Shown in pieces: positions 59,653 through 64,000 of a DNA stretch of 64,000 nt. The notes beneath the pieces are model-generated. The model was not told where the DNA came from and did no database searches. It saw nothing but the letters and a program-made list of their open reading frames with translations. Origin of the DNA: an uncultured virus (IMG/VR IMGVR_UViG_3300037488_001694) (Duplodnaviria > Heunggongvirae > Uroviricota > Caudoviricetes); the IMG/VR virus record IMGVR_UViG_3300037488_001694, one strand, 5' to 3'. Every line of letters starts with the position of its first letter. The stretch's first letter is position 1. The position numbers were made by a program, and so were the translations under genes.

Positions 59653-59727
59653 CGGGATGTGGACTAATTGGTAAGTCACCACTTTTGGGAAGTGGGCATC
59701 ATCCAGGTTCGAGTCCTGGTATCCCGA
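59653..59727 (+). tRNA. tRNA-Pro(TGG)
   Basis: C1-G72; loop TT-TGG-GA. Confidence 0.95.
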
Positions 59728-59732
59728 CTAAC

Positions 59733-59808
59733 GTCTTCGTAGCTCAGTTGGTTTCAGAGCACTCCGCTTTTAACGGAGGGGTCACAGGTTCGAACCCTGT
59801 CGGGGACA
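59733..59808 (+). tRNA. tRNA-Lys(TTT)
   Basis: Loop CT-TTT-AA. Confidence 0.93.
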
Positions 59809-59814
59809 CAATAA

Positions 59815-59888
59815 GCACTCTTAGCTCAGATGGTAGTAGCGGTTGTTTTACATACAACAGGTCACAGGTTCGATCCCTGTAGAGTGTA
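59815..59888 (+). tRNA. tRNA-Val(TAC)
   Basis: Loop TT-TAC-AT. Confidence 0.93.
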
Positions 59889-59893
59889 CAAAA

Positions 59894-59963
59894 GGGAGTA
59901 TCGGCAGGGTCCTGATCGTGTCTGTAAAACATCGTCTTGGTGGTTCGATTCCATCTGCTCCCA
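59894..59963 (+). tRNA. non-canonical tRNA with GTA anticodon (Tyr-like)
   Basis: gggagta/tgctccc acceptor, T-arm, loop CT-GTA-AA; aberrant D-arm, no long V-arm. Confidence 0.7.
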
Positions 59964-59972
59964 CAACAAAAT

Positions 59973-60044
59973 GGACTGGTAGCTCAGAGGTAGAGCAGGG
60001 AGCTGTTAACTCCAAGGTCATAGGTTCGATCCCTATCCTGTCCG
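59973..60044 (+). tRNA. tRNA-Asn(GTT)
   Basis: Loop CT-GTT-AA; G73. Confidence 0.92.
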
Positions 60045-60049
60045 CAACC

Positions 60050-60123
60050 GCTCATATAGCTCAATTGGTGAGAGCGCCGACCTGATACGTCGGAGGTTAT
60101 AGGTTCGAGTCCTGTTATGAGCA
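60050..60123 (+). tRNA. tRNA-Ile(GAT)
   Basis: Loop CT-GAT-AC. Confidence 0.94.
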
Positions 60124-60127
60124 CAAT

Positions 60128-60216
60128 GGAAAGTAATCCCTGAAGGCGACGGGACTTGTTTGCTAAACAATGTGATCGGTGAGAAACCGATTGTGGATCG
60201 TTACCACTGCTTTCCT
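60128..60216 (+). tRNA. tRNA-Ser(GCT)
   Basis: Long variable arm; loop TT-GCT-AA; atypical T-loop. Confidence 0.85.
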
Positions 60217-60222
60217 CAACAA

Positions 60223-60290
60223 CCCGTATGATCAGGGATCAAAGTTGGCTCATATCCGACTTTAGAGTGGTTCGATACCACTATACGGGA
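60223..60290 (+). tRNA. short non-canonical tRNA with CAT anticodon (Met or Ile2)
   Basis: 68 nt; cccgtat/atacggg acceptor; loop CT-CAT-AT; minimal D-arm. Confidence 0.72.
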
Positions 60291-60297
60291 CTTATAT

Positions 60298-60371
60298 GGT
60301 GTATGTAGCTCAGTTGGCAGAGTGCTTGATTGTGATTCAAGAGGTCATGGGTTCGACCCCCATCATACACA
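60298..60371 (+). tRNA. tRNA-His(GTG)
   Basis: Encoded G-1; loop TT-GTG-AT. Confidence 0.92.
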
Positions 60372-60372
60372 C

Positions 60373-60501
60373 AAATAGTTTACAACGGACAAGGCTTAGG
60401 CAAGTGAGTTGAGAATGAGTCGTAGGAGATATAATCGTTTGTACTACAAAAAGTTTGATACAAGAGATTGGTGGGATGCGAGTGGTTGACCAAAACTATT
60501 T
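60373..60501 (+). ncRNA. candidate structured ncRNA A
   Basis: 9-bp closing stem aaatagttt/aaactattt filling the His-Arg spacer. Confidence 0.5.
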
Positions 60502-60503
60502 AT

Positions 60504-60576
60504 GTCCTCGTAGTTCAATGGAAGAGAACCTGTGGCTACGGACCACAAGATGGGAGTTCGAATCTCTCCGAGGATA
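60504..60576 (+). tRNA. tRNA-Arg(ACG)
   Basis: Loop CT-ACG-GA. Confidence 0.94.
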
Positions 60577-60577
60577 C

Positions 60578-60732
60578 AAAAGATGATACAAGGCGTAGAA
60601 TGACAGACGTGGAGAGACGTGTCGCAAGGGTACACACTAAGGATAAGTAATAATGCTCAACTCTCTTATGGTGTGTGAAGCGTCGTAGAAATACGAATCC
60701 CAGATTCCTGATAAAGTCATTTATCATCTTTT
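60578..60732 (+). ncRNA. candidate structured ncRNA B
   Basis: 11-bp closing stem aaaagatgata/tatcatctttt; inner aatgac/gtcatt and acacac/gtgtgt. Confidence 0.65.
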
Positions 60733-60736
60733 ATTT

Positions 60737-60808
60737 GCCCCTTTCGTATAACGGAAGTACAACGCTCTTCTAAGGCGTCAGGTCGGAGTTCGAATCTCTG
60801 AGGGGGTA
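60737..60808 (+). tRNA. tRNA-Arg(TCT), second divergent copy
   Basis: Loop CT-TCT-AA. Confidence 0.9.
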
Positions 60809-60871
60809 CTAAACTAAAAAATGCTCAATAAACAAGGTTAGTTTATCGTAGCAAAAATAGGTTTATTATAC

Positions 60872-60942
60872 GCGTCTCTGGTGTAACGGTAGCATGATGG
60901 ATTCCAAACCCATCGGTCAGGGTTCGAAACCTTGGGGGCGCG
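60872..60942 (+). tRNA. tRNA-Trp(CCA)
   Basis: Loop TT-CCA-AA; G73; A31.C39 mismatch. Confidence 0.92.
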
Positions 60943-60987
60943 CAAATTAAATTTGGTAGATTGAAAATAAATTTGTATCTTTGTCTT

Positions 60988-61491
60988 ATGAAAACAAATT
61001 TACCATACTGTTCAAATAACGTTGGAATCATTGGTTATCAGGATTCCGAAATTGCGAAAAAAGAAAAAAACGATTGTGTTGTGAGAGCATTTGCGTCGTC
61101 ATTTGAAATCCCTTATGATAAGGCGCACAAATACGTTAAAGAAAAATTTGGGAGAAAGGATTATTGTGGTACTTATGGTACCGTTTTTAAAATGGTTGAG
61201 TTGGCAAAAAAACAAACTCAAATAAACCATAAGAAGATTAAACCAATTGGGACTTCCAAAACGATAAGTAATCACAAAGTTTATACGTTAGATTATACGG
61301 TTAAAGTAAAAGGTAAAAAGGTTAATAGACAAATGACCGTTGGGACATTTATAAAAGAAAACCCAATTGGAACATTTTTTGTGTTAGTTTGTGGTCACGC
61401 TTTTACCATTAAAGATGGGATCGTACATGGTAATTATGAAGATTCAACCAAAAAGAGAAAAATTATGAAACACGCATTTCAAATTAAATAA
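60988..61491 (+). CDS. hypothetical phage protein (NDCVVRA...H motif)
   Basis: Start reassigned to MKTNL, after TATCTTTG (60976-60983). Confidence 0.85.
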   Translation: MKTNLPYCSNNVGIIGYQDSEIAKKEKNDCVVRAFASSFEIPYDKAHKYVKEKFGRKDYCGTYGTVFKMVELAKKQTQINHKKIKPIGTSKTISNHKVYTLDYTVKVKGKKVNRQMTVGTFIKENPIGTFFVLVCGHAFTIKDGIVHGNYEDSTKKRKIMKHAFQIK

Positions 61492-61564
61492 GGACTGGTA
61501 GCTCAGTTGGTAGAGCGTTGGATTGAAGATCCAAGCGTCGGGGGTTCGACTCCCTCCCGGTCCA
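61492..61564 (+). tRNA. tRNA-Phe(GAA)
   Basis: Loop TT-GAA-GA. Confidence 0.95.
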
Positions 61565-61579
61565 CAAAAACCAAATAAT

Positions 61580-62032
61580 ATGAACAGAGTATTTAGAACG
61601 GTACAAGGCGAATCGGTAGATGTGGTATCTCACACCTTGGATGTTTTAAACGAATGTCCATATGTTGAGGTTCATATTGGAACGGATTCACAGAACCACA
61701 GAAGAAGTACGGTATACGTTACCGTAATTGCTTACCGATATGGTAACAGAGGTGTTCATTACATCTTACATAAACAAAAAATAAAAAAAATTAAGGATAA
61801 GTGGACGAGATTATGGAATGAAGCTGACTATTCTATTGAGGTTGCGGAATGGTTAACCAAAAAGGTGAAGGTTCAAGTTGAAATTGACTTGGATTACAAT
61901 AGTCAGGAAAAACACTTCAGTTCAAAACTTGTTCCTCCTGTTGTTGGGTGGGCAACGTCTCTTGGTTACAAGACAAACATTAAACCTGACAATCAAATAG
62001 CAACTAAAGCGGCAGATCATCACTGCCGTTAA
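61580..62032 (+). CDS. RNase H-like YkuK (DUF458) family protein
   Basis: IGTDSQ...RLWNEA..S...IDLDYN...KP...A...AD; start reassigned to MNRVF. Confidence 0.85.
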   Translation: MNRVFRTVQGESVDVVSHTLDVLNECPYVEVHIGTDSQNHRRSTVYVTVIAYRYGNRGVHYILHKQKIKKIKDKWTRLWNEADYSIEVAEWLTKKVKVQVEIDLDYNSQEKHFSSKLVPPVVGWATSLGYKTNIKPDNQIATKAADHHCR

Positions 62033-62033
62033 T

Positions 62034-62105
62034 GGTCCTATGGCCGAGAGATTTAGGCGCCGGTCTGCAAAACCGGTCAGATTGGTTTGATTCCAATTAG
62101 GACCT
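62034..62105 (+). tRNA. tRNA-Cys(GCA)
   Basis: Loop CT-GCA-AA; U73. Confidence 0.92.
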
Positions 62106-62114
62106 CAACAAAAT

Positions 62115-62188
62115 GCCCTCATGGCGGAATAGGTATACGCGTGTGATTTAGGATCACAATTTTACAGGTTCGAGTCCTGTTGGGGGTA
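62115..62188 (+). tRNA. tRNA-Leu(TAG) lacking long variable arm
   Basis: Loop TT-TAG-GA; 5-nt variable loop. Confidence 0.9.
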
Positions 62189-62203
62189 CAAATAAAGGTA
62201 AAT

Positions 62204-62542
62204 ATGTTAAGAGAATTTAAATTCTATAAAGACGAGGGGACGTGGTATGTGGATCTGCCCGAATGGGAAGGAAGTCGGGCAGATCTGGCAATGGTATCAG
62301 GTGCCGATATAATGTTAGATATTGTATCTCAGGGTGAAAACGATATTAAAGTTTTATTGTCAACAGAAGATTTTGATGGATCCAATAGATTAGAATTTTT
62401 AAGAGAAGCCCCTGAAGTTGGTGAAGGATCTTGGTATTTAATGAAAACATATAAGGGTATTGAATATAATTTGGAACTATGGTTATGTGATGTAACTATA
62501 TTTGTATTTGGGGGATTTCCTAAAAATATTTACATATCATAA
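62204..62542 (+). CDS. hypothetical protein (DUF6717-like)
   Basis: WYVDLP...MVSGAD..LD...WLC.V..FVFG.FP..IY. Confidence 0.8.
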   Translation: MLREFKFYKDEGTWYVDLPEWEGSRADLAMVSGADIMLDIVSQGENDIKVLLSTEDFDGSNRLEFLREAPEVGEGSWYLMKTYKGIEYNLELWLCDVTIFVFGGFPKNIYIS

Positions 62543-62555
62543 CATATTTATTGAT

Positions 62556-63011
62556 ATGAAAAAAATAGTTAGATTAACAGAATCAGATTTAATTCGTTTA
62601 GTTAAACGAGTTGTTAAAGAAAATGAGGATGGATCCAAACCAGACATTTTAACTTACCTCAACGATAACTTCACACCAGACGGTGGATGGGATAATGAAA
62701 AATTCCAAGATGGTTGGATGAATGGTGAACTTACCGCTTATTATGTAAATGGTAAATTAGCATTTATTTATAACACTGAATTTGATGACGATGGTGGAGA
62801 GAGGGAATTTAATACATTAGTTGTTGGTCCTGAGGTATATGAAAAAATTAAGGAAATGTTTGGTAAAGGAGAATGGAAAGAAAGATTTACTAATTGGTTT
62901 AAAGGAAATACTCGTTTAAACGTTGATGATGTTGAAATGGACGACTTTAAAGGTATCTTTTCTGACTATGTAGATCCTTCTTGGGCTGATGACGAAAATT
63001 GGGATTATTAA
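62556..63011 (+). CDS. tagged acidic protein
   Basis: Start reassigned to MKKIVRLTESDLIRLVKRVVKE. Confidence 0.88.
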   Translation: MKKIVRLTESDLIRLVKRVVKENEDGSKPDILTYLNDNFTPDGGWDNEKFQDGWMNGELTAYYVNGKLAFIYNTEFDDDGGEREFNTLVVGPEVYEKIKEMFGKGEWKERFTNWFKGNTRLNVDDVEMDDFKGIFSDYVDPSWADDENWDY

Positions 63012-63080
63012 AAATAAAATAAAAAACTTGACACTTTCAAAAAGTATCATATATTTATAACAAAACATTAAAAAACGCAA

Positions 63081-63149
63081 ATGAAAAATTTACACATATT
63101 ATTGATAGGCGCGGATTTAGCTGAGACAACCTTCAAGGAGATGGTGTAA
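63081..63149 (+). CDS. putative attenuator leader peptide 2 (22 aa)
   Basis: MKNLHILLIGADLAETTFKEMV; preceded by TATTTATA (63052-63059); its 3' end is complementary to the terminator arm. Confidence 0.75.
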   Translation: MKNLHILLIGADLAETTFKEMV

Positions 63150-63170
63150 ATTTTTGTATATATGAAATTT

Positions 63171-63201
63171 AAAACCCATCTCCAAAAGAGGTGGGTTTTT
63201 T
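63171..63201 (+). terminator. intrinsic terminator (attenuator 2)
   Basis: aaaacccatctc/gaggtgggtttt stem plus T-run. Confidence 0.9.
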
Positions 63202-63262
63202 GATTTTATAAGTTTTTTTAAAAATATTTTACAAAGTGTTTGTCGGATTGAAAAATTCTACT

Positions 63263-63270
63263 TATCTTTG
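63263..63270 (+). promoter_or_regulatory. Bacteroidota -7 element TATCTTTG before tRNA array 2
   Basis: Matches TAnnTTTG; TTTG about 20 nt upstream. Confidence 0.65.
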
Positions 63271-63287
63271 TGGAACAAAAGAAAAAG

Positions 63288-63300
63288 GTTCTTTGACATA
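63288..63300 (+). promoter_or_regulatory. rrn boxA-like antitermination site
   Basis: GTTCTTTGACATA, 12 nt before the first tRNA. Confidence 0.75.
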
Positions 63301-63312
63301 ATGGTAAAAAAT

Positions 63313-63392
63313 GGTTCGGTGGTGAAATTGGTATACACGCTGCGTTTAAGCCGCAGTCCATACGGTTGTGGGTTCGAGTCCCACCCGGACTA
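63313..63392 (+). tRNA. tRNA-Leu(TAA)
   Basis: Loop TT-TAA-GC; variable arm present. Confidence 0.93.
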
Positions 63393-63401
63393 CAAATATA
63401 T

Positions 63402-63474
63402 AGCGGGATGTGGAAGATGGTTATCCGCTGGGTCTCATAAGCCTAGATCGCAGGTTCGAATCCTGCTCCCGCAA
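63402..63474 (+). tRNA. tRNA-Met(CAT), initiator-like
   Basis: A1.A72 mismatch; loop CT-CAT-AA. Confidence 0.88.
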
Positions 63475-63505
63475 CTAAAGAGTAAAACTTTTTATTCTTA
63501 AAAAT

Positions 63506-63644
63506 TTGATAGTGGTTTTCCCCACTCAACGGATGTCGACAATCCAGAGTGGAATCGGAATTCAGCACCCTTTCTGCCGAGGCCTCGTAAAACTACGATT
63601 AAGCAGTTAAGATTGGAGCGAGACGGGTACTCCATCACTATCAA
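63506..63644 (+). ncRNA. candidate structured ncRNA C
   Basis: Closing stem ttgatagtg/cactatcaa; inner ccactc/gagtgg and tggag/ctcca. Confidence 0.6.
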
Positions 63645-63653
63645 CAAAATTAT

Positions 63654-63734
63654 GCTGACGTACCAGTGGATGCTTATATCATCTATGCCTGTAGTGGTAA
63701 GTTTAAAACGTTGGTTCGAATCCAACCGTCAGTA
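63654..63734 (+). tRNA. tRNA-like RNA with TAT anticodon loop and rearranged body
   Basis: gctgacg/cgtcagt acceptor, perfect T-arm, ggatg-CTTATAT-catct arm, no D-arm. Confidence 0.6.
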
Positions 63735-63740
63735 CAATAA

Positions 63741-63813
63741 GCGGGAGTAGCTCAGTTGGTAGAGCTATAGCCTTCCAAGCTATAGGTCGCGAGTTCGAAT
63801 CTCGTCTCCCGCT
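63741..63813 (+). tRNA. tRNA-Gly(TCC)
   Basis: Loop CT-TCC-AA; U73. Confidence 0.96.
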
Positions 63814-63815
63814 CT

Positions 63816-63936
63816 AAACAATTAGTCGTACAAGGGCAACGCGAATACAGATAAGGGATACTACTCCACCTAATGGAAGCGGCCGATACATCCATAGGTC
63901 TACGAAGCCGATCGTAGTTGAGCCTACTAATTGTTT
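63816..63936 (+). ncRNA. candidate structured ncRNA D
   Basis: 11-bp closing stem aaacaattagt/actaattgttt; inner ctacga/tcgtag. Confidence 0.6.
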
Positions 63937-63941
63937 TTTAT

Positions 63942-64000
63942 GGGCCTGATGCCAACGGCAGGTCGACTGATTTGCAATCAGATCGTTTGGGTTCGATTCC
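63942..64000 (+). tRNA. tRNA-Ala(TGC), truncated by window end
   Basis: G3; loop TT-TGC-AA; T-loop TTCGATT. Confidence 0.85.

Noticed and set aside
59476..60727. ORF-track ORFs at 59476-60085 and 60444-60727
   Set aside because: They overlap tRNA genes or structured RNA; spurious.
63268..63725. ORF-track ORFs 63268..63501 and 63498..63725
   Set aside because: They overlap tRNAs and ncRNA candidates.
60373..63936. tmRNA, RNase P RNA, SRP RNA or group I intron identity for the spacer RNAs
   Set aside because: Too short, and I could not find the hallmark motifs (GAGGAAAGUCC, the SRP GGAA loop with its conserved internal loop, a tag ORF with tRNA-like ends).
1..64000. Bacterial chromosome or eukaryotic giant virus origin
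   Set aside because: No housekeeping operons or rRNA; bacterial-type terminators, lipoproteins, an endolysin and CCA-less tRNA arrays point to a large bacteriophage.

Overview
AT-rich, gene-dense segment of what looks like a very large (jumbo/mega) tailed phage, read in genetic code 11. The host is probably Bacteroidota, inferred from many TAnnTTTG -7 promoter elements and rrn-type boxA sequences. No core capsid, terminase or polymerase gene is in the window, so the taxonomy is inference. (1) 0.3-54 kb: an accessory/late region in which about 50 genes start with one of five related N-terminal tags ending in (I/L/V)-x-E. Most of these genes or their operons follow a TATTTAT(A) motif. The tags are fused to very different cargoes: acidic helical paralogs, flavodoxin, HAD nucleotidase, P-loop kinase, ParB-like, ART-like, PAP2, lytic transglycosylase, L,D-transpeptidase, HEXXH protease, LanKC/OspF-like lyase and GNAT. 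This suggests capsid-targeted, protease-matured internal proteins. (2) 17.4-20.1 kb: a GATC-rich, partly non-coding zone with a long inverted repeat, G/C tracts and A-tract repeats (candidate ori/pac). (3) A GH19 endolysin, SlyD, thioesterase, nitroreductase and a glycosyltransferase cluster. (4) 57.7-64 kb: 24 tRNA or tRNA-like genes (one solitary, two arrays) with four interspersed structured ncRNA candidates. The most striking observation is that each tRNA array is preceded by an unannotated leader peptide, an alternative antiterminator hairpin, an intrinsic terminator and a boxA site. The codon content of each leader mirrors the tRNAs of its own array, which points to a ribosome-stalling attenuator that senses tRNA depletion and switches on the matching phage tRNAs. 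All calls were made by eye; no database search or folding program was run.
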